Below, in pieces: positions 38,454 through 50,900 of a DNA stretch of 64,000 nt. How positions within the stretch are numbered: position 1 is the first letter of the stretch; every line of letters begins with the position of its first letter. The position numbers and the translations under genes were made by a program. The notes beneath the pieces were generated by a model. It worked only from the letters and a program-made list of their open reading frames with translations, ran no database searches and had not been told where the DNA came from. This stretch comes from Yuukianura sp. NJ FZ-2021. Taxonomy: Eukaryota. The stretch lies in assembly GCA_046563655.1 (NCBI GenBank), contig CM102283.1, positions 3,844,001 through 3,908,000 of the forward strand. Reading direction: 5' to 3'.

Positions 38454-39311
38454 CACAGCTTTAAATTATTTAACTTACAAAAACATTAAAACTCTTTTAC
38501 ATAAAAAAAAGTTTGACAGAAAACCATTTCCAACTTCGACTAAAAAAACACAAGTGTTAAATTTTTCTCAGAAATTGGATAAAATTTGGAGAATTCTGAG
38601 AAAATTGGAGCTTGTTTTGTTGGAAACGGAAAGTTTTATGACCTAGAAAATGGAAATTGAAATGGAAATTTCCCAAAACACGTTTGAGTATTGATTTTGA
38701 AAATTATTTTTCAAAATGTGATGGTTGGGTGACTGATGACTTGAGTTCGTGTCAGTTCTACTTTCGTGTTCACCAATAAATTATTTGTACGACTCGAAGT
38801 CAAGGCATTTGTGAGATATCGATTGTTGATAAACTTCACAAATAGAAAGAGTCCAACTTGTGCAGAGGTCACTTCACTTTAAGCTGTGAGAGCAACAGAG
38901 GTCACGAGGTCAATGACCTTGACCATACTAATTGACATGTTAAAATTAAAAAGTGATTGAGGTCAGTCACTTCCAATCGGTCACTTTACCACGCTCCACT
39001 TTTTTCAAACTGATTAACACCTAACCACAACACGCTTCTCTAATTTAGTTTTTTTTTTTTTTATAACGAAGTTTTGTGACTCATTGGAGTATCGAATTTT
39101 TCGACGTTTGTAGTTTGTTGATGTTTTTGACTTTGGAAGTTGAGTGTCAACCTTTGTAGACTATAAATAACGGCTACTTTGAATTGTTTTGTGTTTTCAG
39201 AATTACCCATTGTGTATTTTTACATTTGGACTTTTGTTGGTTCAAAATTTTGTGTTGAAACTTGTTTTGAAACTGTGTTCAATTTGAGAGAACAAACAGA
39301 AAGTTGAAAAC

Positions 39312-40623
39312 ATGGACTGCGTTGTGAAACTTTCCAAACAGAATATCAATCTGCAGCGTCAAATTGGAACTGGAAGTTACTCAAACGTCTATTTGGGTGA
39401 GAAACTTCACTAAAACTTAGATTTTAACTTGATAGTTAAATTTCAATCTTAAAATTTCAATTTTTTTCAAATTTTGAATTTTTTTGGCAGCCACTTTTCG
39501 AAGATTACCGCTTGAACTTGAAGAGTTGAAAGGGCTTGAGCATGTTGCGGTCAAAGTGGCGAAACGAAAAGTCAATTCCAGAGAAAACGTTTGGAGCGAA
39601 ATTGTAAACATGGCGAAGATGAAGCATCCGAATATTGTGGGCATAATTGGAAGTGTGGGTGAGTTTTTGAAAGTTTTTGAAAAAGTTGGAAATTTTGAAA
39701 AATTGAATTGAAATTTTGTTGACTAGATTGTGGCAGAGGTGTTCCCTGGTTAGTGTTGGAGTTCATGCCAAACGGAACAGTGTTTGACGTAATCAGTACC
39801 GCAGAAGTTCTGGAAGAGGTCAGTCAACTTTGACAAGTTGGAAATTGTAAAATTTTAAAATTTTATGAAATTTTGAAAATTTGAGTTTTGAATTTTGAAC
39901 TTTAGAATGTGCTACTGCGCATGATGAGCGACATTGCTTCAGGGATGGATCATTTGCACAACACATTGAACATGGTTCATGGTGACCTCCACTCTCAAAA
40001 CTGTTTCGTCGGTACAAACGGTATCACGAAAGTCGGAGATTTCGGTTTCACGTGTCGATCCGACTCGGATTTCAACCAAGGAAATCCATACGACTCCGTT
40101 CCTCCCCGCGTAACAAATTTCGAAATTATTTTGCCAGAAATTTTTGTAAAATTTTGAAATCCACTTTTTTAAATTTGTAAATTTTAGGTTTTGAAAGCTG
40201 CTCTTCTGAAACACTGTACTCGGTCGACCACTGCTAAATTCAATTTTTTCCCGCCAGAATATCTGTTGACCCAAGAGTTGGATGACCTCGTGACCCACAA
40301 AGCGGGAGATGTCTGGTCATACGGAACTTTAGTCTTTCAAATCTGGGCTAAAGGGCACCTACCCTTTGAAAACCTTACTCCAGCTCAGGTTAGCAAAAGT
40401 TCATGAATTTTCAAAATTTCAAAATTTCGAAATTGAATTTCGAACTTTTCAGATCCACGCTGCTTTTGTTTCTGGAATTGATCCGTTTGAGTTTATAGAA
40501 ATGCCAGTTCCAGCTCCAGTGCTCACCTTAACTCTCAACTGCTGGGAATACAAACCTCAAAAACGTCCAACATTTTCCGAAATTTTGAACACGCTAAGCT
40601 CAAATTTCGAACTCCAAAAGTAA
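39312..40623 (+). CDS. Stand-alone tyrosine-kinase-like protein kinase
   Basis: GTGSYSNV, VAVK, HPNIV, HGDLHSQN, KVGDFG, PPE, DVWSYG, CW..P..RPTF across six exons; no accessory domains. Confidence 0.9.
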
Positions 40624-42130
40624 CTTAAACTTTCAATTTTTTACACTTTTTTTAGTAAAGGCCTTTAAAAAGTAAGGCGTTTCAAAATAAAATTTATTTT
40701 CCTCTCTAAAATATCAACTCCGTTCACAAAACTTTCAATTTTTTGAGTAATAATTTTGTACTTTTTCCTTGGAGAGAAAAGTGATGCGGCCTTAAACTTA
40801 TTCAAAAGTATTTCACATCCTACAAAATTTATTTGCGACCTAGTTCAAAAAGTCTATTGTTCTTTTTCAAATTACTTTCTAGTTATCATGTTTAAACTAA
40901 CAAGCATACCTTAAATGACCCCTAAAGTTAACATTTTAAAATTACTTTAGTTTGAAGTTTAGTTTTAATGGAAGTGAGCAACTCCGTACCACGTGATATC
41001 CAAAGTTAAAGTTGTGAAGATCATTTAACTTTGAGTTGTGAAGTTAAGTTTAATCTAATCTCAGTTTATCGTCGTAGTTAGCACGAGATGAGACGCAAGC
41101 ACAAAATTTAATTTTCACTTTCTCACTTTTCATCACTAAATTTTTCCTGACACTTTGAAAATTCAAACTGAGAGAAGAGCTGGGCGTGAGTTATGACTTT
41201 TCAGTTGTCAAAAGGTCACTCAAAGTCATCATAAATTTTCAAAATTTGTGGATAAAGTTGTTCAAAAAAACACAAATCATGTCAGGGTGATCAATCGAGG
41301 TCAAAGTGTAGAATCCATTCAATTTCAAATGCTCTTCTTCTTCATATGTTGGACTACAACCACGAAACTAACTTTTTAGATTAGTCTTTTAGTCTTTTCT
41401 GTAACTATAACTTTTGTAGACGCTTTTCCAAAAATGTTATCAACGGAGTCTAAAACTTCTGAAACATGTTTGTGTGCCTGGAACAACCAACACACAAGTC
41501 TCCAGTGTCTCAAAGTCTATGTTTTTTAGTTTCTGATCATAGTGCTAAAAATTATAGTCTTTTCAGTTTGGTGATCCAGCTTAACATTTTGGTGGACGGA
41601 GTTAACTGGTCCACAATTAGTGTCACTCATGCACAGTGTCGTGTTCCAGACACTTACATCTTTGGATCCTTTGTGCACAACACTTCAACTTTACTTTTTA
41701 AAAAGTAGTGTTAAAAAGTAGTGTTAAAAAGTGGTGGACACAACTGGATGCACGTCGTCCCTCACGCAGGACAAAGTACAAGTGGAGGTGACAAGTTTTG
41801 GAATTGGGAGTTTAATAAGCTTTTAGTGATAAAAAGTGATATTTTGAAAACAATTACATGAGATCATGATCTGTAACAACACAAATTTATGAAAAAGTGA
41901 ACTCATCAACTTTCAAAATTTTGAGGTGAGCGATTAAGATTGTAAATTTTCGTTCTTCGATAAACTGATTCGTGTGACCTCAGATTAGAATTTTTGAAGT
42001 ATAAATTTTTGACAGATTCGGAACACGAATCAGTCGTAACTTTACGGAGTTTGAAAATTCTAAAAATTGTTAACAAAAATAATCGAAAAATTGTAATTTG
42101 TACAAAATTCCTCAATTTTTTTGTGAAACT

Positions 42131-43300
42131 ATGCAGGGAACTTGGAGTGGAGATGTGATCAGTGCAGAATGGACTTTGACTAACTTATTTCCAAAAAGTG
42201 AAGACTCAGTTGTGAAGATGAGTGTGAACCAGGCTTTGAGTGACAGCAGTGACCCCTTGACCTGTCACATGACCCTTCCCTGTGACCAGGTCGTGACCCT
42301 TAAGGACCTTGACCTCCAGAAATGGATTTTCTCCACCATCAGTTGTCTCCTCATCGGTCTCACCGGAATCCTCCCCTTCTTCATCTTCCGACCAATGAGC
42401 AGCTCTGGAGCAAGTGTCAAGGGCCCCTCTGTCTGCTCAAGCGTCAAGGGCCCTTCAGTTTCCAGTGACCAAGGGCCCCCCACCCTTGAGCCCAAGACAC
42501 TCAACTGCTTACTGAGTTTCGCCGTGGGCAGTCTCCTAGGCGACGCATTTCTGCACATTTTGCCAGAGGCGTGGGAAAGATCTAGGTTGGAAAATCAGCT
42601 GACTGGGCAGCACTCCTGCGCAAGTCTGAGCATCATGGGCATGTGGATCCTCGTGGGCATCATTTCATTTGTGCTCTGTGAGAAGCTGGGCACTTGCCAC
42701 GACGAAGAGCAAGGGTCAAAGGTCAACAACAATGTGGACCAGGTCAAAGGTCAAAGTGAGGTCAAAGGTCAAAGTGAGAGTAGGGAAGTGACAGGGTACT
42801 TGAACTTGGTGGCCAATGTCTTTGATAACTTCACGCATGGCCTGGCAATCGGTGGTAGTTTTGTGGTTTCCACCAAAGTGGGAGTGTTGACGACAGTTGC
42901 CATTTTGTTGCACGAAGTTCCGCATGAAATCGCTGATTTCGGGATTTTGCTCAGATCGGGTTTTGGGCCCCTTCAAGCCGCTAAAGCCCAACTGTCCACA
43001 GCAGCAGTGGGGCTTTTTGGAGCATTCTTTGCCCTCACGGCAAACACTGTTCAGGTGAATAATATATTAATTATAGTTAATATATAAATTATTTATATAA
43101 AATATTATATTTAGGCTCATATTGGTAACTACACTTGGTGGATCCTGCCGTACACTGCTGGTTGTTTCATTACGATTGCCATGACTAATCTTCTTCCTGA
43201 TATTATGAAGGAGCGTGACTCCAAGGAATCTCTTAAGCAAATGCTTTTTCTACTACTTGGCATTGGGGTCATGGGGGCAGTCACAAGCATTCATTTCTAA
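42131..43300 (+). CDS. SLC39A13: LIV-1 subfamily ZIP metal transporter, ZIP13-like
   Basis: LLSFAVGSLLGDAFLHILPEAW, GYLNLVANVFDNFTHGLA, LLHEVPHEIADF, WILPYTAGCF. The true 5' exon is uncertain. Confidence 0.85.
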
Positions 43301-43882
43301 ATTTACAACTCGCTTCAAATTTCAAATTCAAATTCAAATTCGCTTCACAATTAAAATTTTAAGTTAAATAGTATTAGGAATTAACTTTAAAACGGATTTT
43401 TTTACAAGAGAAATACTGGGCGTCCCAAATTCAATCTTTGTTGGACGCCGCTTAGAATTTAGATTGGGAATTTAGAAATTTTCGATTTTTTTAGTTTTGA
43501 AAAATAAGCATTCTCGTGTAGAACTTTGAAAATAGGCAGCTCCTATAATAGTGTTGTAAACTATAAAAATATAAAATACATTATTATCAAAAGCGTAATA
43601 CTGTAACTCTGTGATAATGAAAATGGAAATGTGTTTATTAAAAATGGAGGTTGTAAGTTTTAAGTTATACAAAAGAAATTCTGCAATTAAATTTACTGTA
43701 ACAAAAATTTACATTTAAAACAAGTAAAAACAAAGCAACAAAATCCAAATTTGAACCTGACATGCAAAGAGCAAATTTTTTTGGGCAGTGGGCATCTCTA
43801 CGGATGTCGAAATTTGTGTTACGGGCTGTGAGTTCAAAAGTATTTTTAACTACAGAATTTAAAAAAAAAAGCGCTGTTTAAA

Positions 43883-44883
43883 ATGAGTATTTGGTTAGTT
43901 TTGTTAAACTTTTTGGTTGTTTTGTTTAGTTTATTTTTAAAAAGTGAGGCAGTGATAACGAATATTTCTGTAATTCAAATTCCTAGTTGGTTTTTTGCTT
44001 TAACGCCTTTTGAAACAGTTTTCGTAGGACTCACATTCCTCTGGGTATGAACTTCGATGTATAAAAGTTAATTTTCTTCAAACGGATGTGAAATTAAAAA
44101 AAAATTCAACTTTTTAAAATTTTGAAGATGTGTATGCTTGGTGTCGTGGGAATTTTGCCGATGAATTTGAATAATTTCTTCTACGGCAATCCCAGCGGAC
44201 GCAGAAAACGACGCCAAATAGACACTGTGCATTCTGCGTCATTTCACAATTTGACGCTCACTCCAGCAAAAGCAGAAATTATCGCAACTACACTCGGCGT
44301 AAGCATTTACTTTACAAATTTTCATTTACGAAAATTTTATCATAATGATTTTTTTTTCAAAATCTTTAACAAAGATGCTGAAAAAATTGGATAGTGATAG
44401 CTGCATTCCACTTTCACTTTGCGAACTGGAACGCCTGAGGTCAACCGGCAGCTACGACCCACCTCACTTCGTTGCTCTCATTCTAACTTTTCTGAAATTG
44501 TAAGAAGCAAAATTTTGAAAAGTTCTAAAATCATAGTTTTCAAAATTTTGTTTTTTAGTTTTGAGTCTACGACATTAGCTTCGTCTTTGTCTGAATTTGA
44601 CCCGTTCCACACCACTGGCTCAACTCCAATCAGTTTCAAAATTTATTCGGATGCTGTCCGTCTCGGCGTCACTCAAAATTTAGTCCAAAATCAATTTAGA
44701 AAAACAAACCAACCTGAAATTTTCAAAAAATCAATCGGAACTGAAACTTGGAAAAAATCAAATGAAACTGAAATTTTGAATATGAATGTTAACACTTGTC
44801 GTGTTAGTTACAAATCTTGCAATTTGACAACTACAGACATCATGAACTTTGTTGCAGCTTCACACTTTGACGAATTTTTATGA
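43883..44883 (+). CDS. Uncharacterized membrane/secreted Cys-motif protein (DM4/DM12-like), paralog B
   Basis: Signal peptide, LTPFETVFVGLTFLW|MCMLGVVGILP..RRKRR..|SCIPLSLCEL..|YSDAVRLG..CRVSYKSCNLT. Same intron positions as paralog A. Confidence 0.78.
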
Positions 44884-45115
44884 AATAAAATTTTACACTT
44901 TAAGAATTTACTTTTTTGTGCTAAAATTATCAAAATCAATTTGGATTGATTACTTTTTATTAATGTAGAATTTCTTGTGCGTTTGACACTTGGAAAATGG
45001 CACTATTAGGTAAAAAGTTACTTTCGTTGTGAAATTTTTTAGTTTAAATTAAACTACGTCGGAATCCTCACATCAAGAACATGAAATTTTGAAAAACTAG
45101 AATATTTTGGATTTT

Positions 45116-46632
45116 TTAGGCAACAGTTTGGCTTCTATGCACCGCTTTTTTAGTGAGACGCTCTTCATATTTTTTGCGAATTCTGTCGATTGCTTCGTGC
45201 TGCTGTTTGAGAATCGTCTGAATTTGTTTCCCTTTGACCTCGTTCACTTTGTCTTGAAAACTCTCTTCAATTTTCTCAAATTCCGCCACTTTCTTTCTGT
45301 TTGCGTTTCTAAAAACTTCTTTGTTCACTCTAGCTTCTCTTGATGCAATGATTTTGTTTGCCGTGTCAGGGGTCAAGGCTGCTGACCTCGCCAAAGTAGT
45401 TGAATTCAAGTCATTGACTTTGCTCTCCAGCCGACCTTTCTCCACTCGCATCTCTTCTTCAATCACTTTCTCCGCACTATTTTGATCTTTCACTTTTCCC
45501 GCTTCTAACTTTTTCAAATTTTTAGCCTGGAGTTGAACATGGTTGTGCAGTAGTTTGTTCAAACACTTTTTGTAACTCGAATTCTCCTTTTCCCGAATTC
45601 GGTTTTGGTAAAATTCAAAATCCGAAGCGGCAGAAGCCGATACAAGGTGCGGTTCGGATCGAGTGCCGACGAGCGGCTCTTGCTTTCTCTTTAGCATCAG
45701 AGAGAAACTGCGTTGTTTTTTAAATTTTGTGTCGGTGGGGTCACAGGGGTCATGACCTTGACCTTGACCTTGGCCAAAGGTCATTGACCTGGGAGTGGTC
45801 GGTGTCTTGACTAATGGCATTCCTTCGGCACTTGTCGTCGGTTTGGGTTCGTCGGAATGTTGGCGGTTTCTCTTTTGAAATAATTTTCGAAACGAATTTT
45901 GAAAACTGGTGGAAATGTGGGTCCGCATGGAAATGTCAAGCCCTTCTGGATCGAACATGTGCGTCAATCCAATCGTGCTCTAAAATTTCAAAATGTTAAA
46001 ATTTTCAAAAAAAAAAAAAAGTTTTTCAAAATTTCGGTTTTTGTTTAGTACTTCTGGTAACAAGTTGAGTAAGCATGGTTCATTGGTAGCGTCTATAATA
46101 CTCTTGAGTTCTGCAGCGGTCACCTTGTGTAACTTCAACTCCGTTGTTCTGAAAATTCAATGAATTTCGAAATTCAAGTTCTCAAAAAGTCTTAAAAAAT
46201 GTTATTTGTGATTGCTACTTGAATCGCTTTCGTTTTTCATAGAATTTGGAAATTGCTGCAGAGTTGTCTACGTTGATGACTGCGTCCATTTCCGGTAGGG
46301 TTCTGATGAGTTCATCCGAAATTTGACCTTGACCTTTGACCTTGTCTGGAATTGCCCCAGTCAAAATCGGCACAAGTCGCTTCTTCCCAAGCGCCTTCTG
46401 GATACATCCCACTTCGTTCAGATCATTGAACAACACAAACAAACAAAACTTCTTCGGATCAAACAGTTTGATCAACTCTGGAACCAACACTATTTTTAAA
46501 AAATCCATTTTTCAAAATTTTAGCAAAAATTTTAAAAATTTCGATAGAACTTTTCAAAAAGTCATTGACCTTACCGTTGCCATAGGTGGCAATAAGCACC
46601 CGTCGAACTCTGTGACCTTCTCCCTTCGGCAT
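45116..46632 (-). CDS. Uncharacterized protein: alpha/beta N-terminus and long C-terminal coiled coil
   Basis: Spliceable exons MPKGEGHRVRRVLIATYGN|VLVPELIK.. followed by a 283-codon terminal ORF rich in K/E/Q. Confidence 0.6.
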
Positions 46633-47910
46633 GCTAAAAAGCCCCTGTCCAGGTCACTTTCAAGGTCAAGTGTCACGGATTCCTAAATTTTACTGTCTAT
46701 AATTTCCATTTTGCACTTTCCATTTGAAATTTTACGAATTTTGAAACTCCAAACTGCTAAAAGATTGCGAGAGTGTTAAAATTTGGAACTAAACTTCCTG
46801 GACGCTTGTGCTCCCAAAGAAAACCACTAATGAAGTTTTAATTAAAGGGCGCTAAATGTTAATTAAACATCCTCCTATTAGTTTTTTCCAACACAACACA
46901 ATTCAAACTGACCAAAAACTAAAAAGTAGATGACTAATTTAACTTGTGTTTTGATTTTAACCACGCCCGGAACGCTTACGTCAACAAAACTTTTAGACTG
47001 GAATGTTTATGCAATGCAATCTTGAGAGTGGATTTTTGCATTGTAATTTTTGTAGGTGAGTGCTAAATTCGTGTGTGAATTGGGTACAGAATAACAATGG
47101 GTTGATGAATTATGAATTAGTTTTTTAGTGGGATGGGTTCACATGGGAGTGACACAATGACAAGATAGGATATTCTACATGTATCCAAGGTTACCAAAGA
47201 ACAATCCCAGTTTCAACTTTAACTTTTTCCACTTTTAAACAATATGTTAAACTAAAAGTCCATATGAGAACTGAAATTGGGTAATTAGTTTAGAGGGAAC
47301 TAAAAGTTTGCAACTTTGGAAGTTTTAGCTGAAGGGCAAGTGGAGGCAGAAGCTCCTCACAATTCACAATTTGCGGAGGTTGGCAATTTCAATGTAAGCT
47401 TAAGTTTTGCCATGGGCTACATTCTGCAAAAAACTTTGCAAAAAGAAACATGGGCTGGGTTTTCAATGATCCGTGGCTAAAAGTTGTGGTCTCATTAATC
47501 AACATGCGTCCAAACAATACATTTTCTGTGTAACTTGACGCCTACTTATCGAAAATTCAACAACAATATTTTGTGGCACCATTTTTGCAACTTTCATGTT
47601 TTTGTATAAAAGTGCAGATTTTATTTTCTTATTGTTTCAAAAAACCTTGCTATTGTCCTAGAAAAGTAACAAGTTGAAGAAAACGTGTATGGGGCAATTG
47701 GAGACAACTGAAATAAACAGCGCCAAACGTTTTGAATTTTTCTTTTGTTTACTTTAGTTTTTCCTTTTTACTTGTCTTTATGTTGTGTCATCTGTCAATT
47801 GGTTTTTTTATAATTAATTACTGATTAAACTAATTGATTGTACTAATTTAACCTGTAATTAAGTAAGAGTAATTGTGATTAGTGTTAACTGTGCAAGTCG
47901 AGTGAATGTT

Positions 47911-50900
47911 ATGTTGCACGAACTGATTCTAGCTCTGAACGGGTATCCGGGTGACCTCTTCTCCTACAATGGATCCACTTTCCAGGTAACTTCACTTTTA
48001 ACTTAGCTAATTTTACAATTAATCAAATTAGCAATTAACTACTTGTGTTTGTCATGTGTAGATTGCCAATGACAAAGAAACGAAAGTCCCTCTGTTTCAT
48101 CCGTCGGAATGGAATGTTATAAGTGAAATACTGGAAATTGCAGCACACTACAAACAACTCCGTGAATTCGTCAACGTTCAGCAACTAACAGGTCAGAGTC
48201 CAGTGTCAGTGTCTTTCAATTCTCTTAGCCAATTCCTGTTAATTAATCATTGAACTTATGATGATGTAGATGTGACATTGGGTACAGCGGACGAAGATGA
48301 CTCGAATCGAAGTAGTTTGGAAGTTCCAGTGTCTAGAAGTTACTCGTCTTCCATTTCCTATGGAATAGAATCCATCCTGGACCAATACTCCACTGTCATC
48401 ACAGATCTGGAAATGAAAGTACTCAATGACCCCTTCATCACTCTCAGTCACATTAGATCAGATTGTGAGCCATTCCGTGGTATCTTCCGAATACTCCACT
48501 CTTTCATGGACAGAGTAAGATTTAGTATGAACTAACTCATCTTATCCAGAATAACACTATCCTTATCGAGAATAAGACATTTTATCTCTGATTTTTAGAT
48601 AAAACATGAGAAGAGTTCTTGTCTTCTTATCGAAATACTCAAAGACGTCTACGATAACAACATTCACTACTGGGAAGTACTTGCACCGTAAGTCATTCTT
48701 CACTTTTCACATTTAAAAACTAAATTCTCTAACTAAAAACTAACGTTAACTATGAATTTGTGTTTTTAGTTTGGTGAAGCGAGCTCACTTTCCATTTTAT
48801 AAGCATATCACTGACTGGGTAGTTTTCGGCTCACTCCCGAATCCAAACACTGAATTTTTCATCCAACTTTCCAAAGATGAGCCGGATACTTCCTCTGACA
48901 TTTCCATTCGATCCAGAATTAAAGTTCCTGCGAGGAAGAAAGTGCAAAGACACTTTATCAACTACACTCTCGTTCCATCTCATATCCAACCACAACTCCT
49001 GGACAGGATCCTCTTCATGGGAAACTCAATACTCATCTTGGAGAAATCAGAAAGTAAGAACCAAAACAACTTACTTAACTTTCCAGAAGTTTTTAACTGT
49101 TTCAAATGAACTTTTTAGAAACCAGAGGAAGTTTAGTGGAAAAGAGAAAAGAGTTTTTGGCCAAAATGAAGCTACTGCCAACGGACACTTTTCGGATGGA
49201 CTGTCTTTCGGAAACGATAGAAGATCTGACACTTGCCGTGGGAAAGGTGGCTGTTCACTTTTTTTTATTGTTTGTTTATTTGTTTATTTATTAGAATAAT
49301 AATTTTGTAACTTATTTTGTTTGTAAGGATCTGCATCGATTGGTTGTGACTGATGCTGACTTGATGAGCCACCTTCAGATCATCAAAGACTTTAACCTCG
49401 GCGGTCGCGGGGAACTTTTGTACGGCTTTCTCACGAACATTTACACTGCCATGAAGATCAAAACGTCCATGATGGATACCAAAATGCGTAAGACCAATTT
49501 CAATAAAATGTATTAATTGACATAATAAAATGTATTAATTCACATAATAAAATGTATTAATTCAAATAATAAAATATATTAATTCAAATAATAACATATA
49601 TTTTAATGTTTCAGTTTCAATCAAAAATGTGAGACTGGATATCAAAGAATGTTTCAGTCTAGCCGCCCAGAGAGTTCAACTGCAGGAAGAAATTGTGAAA
49701 CAAATTGAAATCGTGGCTTCCACTGGTAAGTATCTTTGATTTTTGTTAATTAGTGAAACTTTGATTACTTTTCCTTCACTTTTCCTTCTTGTCCTCAATG
49801 TCGATTCTGACACTGCGTGTTTTCGTTGGCTGATCGTCCATGTTGATGGTGGATCCAACTGGGTTTCTGGATTCTACTGGAAAGACTTGAGAGTCGTCTG
49901 CCACTAGTTCCGTCAAATCATCTGACTTTGTGATGGCGACTGTTGGAGGTGGGACAGCCACACTGCCTTTGTCCTTCTTGGGATGGACTTTGGTCTTGGA
50001 CTCTTTGTCTCTGCAAGAGCAGAAGTAGTGGAGTGGTGGACAGGGACGGGCGTTGTACCTGTACTCATCTCTCAAGTATTTCTCTTTCTGGAGATGTGGA
50101 TGTGGGTTGAGATGCTCTTCATCGTGGATGGTTCGGTAGACGCGGAGGTGTGGGAGACCATGGACTTGGTCGAAGGAGTAGAGGGCTTCATCCTCGTCGA
50201 ACTCAAGGTCATCATCGTCCGGAGTGAGGACAGACTTGTTGTGTGTCTCCAGCTTCCGGATTAGCTCGATCGCTTGAACTTTCCCGCCCCACAGCATCGC
50301 GGTGTTCACCAGGTTGAACCGATCCATCCGTTTCGCAAGGATCTCTCGATTCAAGATCCTACCACTTCGGTAGGTCTTTGCTCTGCGGTAAAAGTAAAAG
50401 TTAAAAGTCATGTCAAAAGTTAAAAGTCGAGTTAAAATTCAAAAGTTAAAAGTCAAGCTAAACTTTAAAATTCAAAAGGTAAAAGTCAAGGTAAAGTTAA
50501 AATTTAAAAGGTAAAAGGTAAAAGTCAAGCGAAAAGTCAAAAGTCAACCGCTAAACTTCAAAAGTTAAAAGTCAAAAGTTAAAAGTCAAAAAGTTAAAAG
50601 TGGAGTTAGTTGACCTGCGTGTGATGAAGTCGTAGTTGTTGAGATGGAAGAAGTAGAGTAGGACTATTAGCATGGAGATGGCTGAGAGTGCAAGGAGGAT
50701 GATGGCCTGGAGGACGACTGGTTTCTGGACAATGTAGAATCCTGGAAAAGAGGTCAAGATGTGGACCTGCGCAAAGGTCATGAACACCGTGACGACGAAC
50801 AGACTCAGGATCCAGAAGATGATGAACTGACTCGTGTGCGGAGTCACGACGTCCAGCAGCACCAAAGACAGCGTCCCGTGCACCAGCATGTAAAACACTG

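Noticed and set aside
45116..45967. PLC-beta C-terminal domain homolog
   Set aside because: Only a generic coiled-coil resemblance; no catalytic X/Y or clear C2 motifs.
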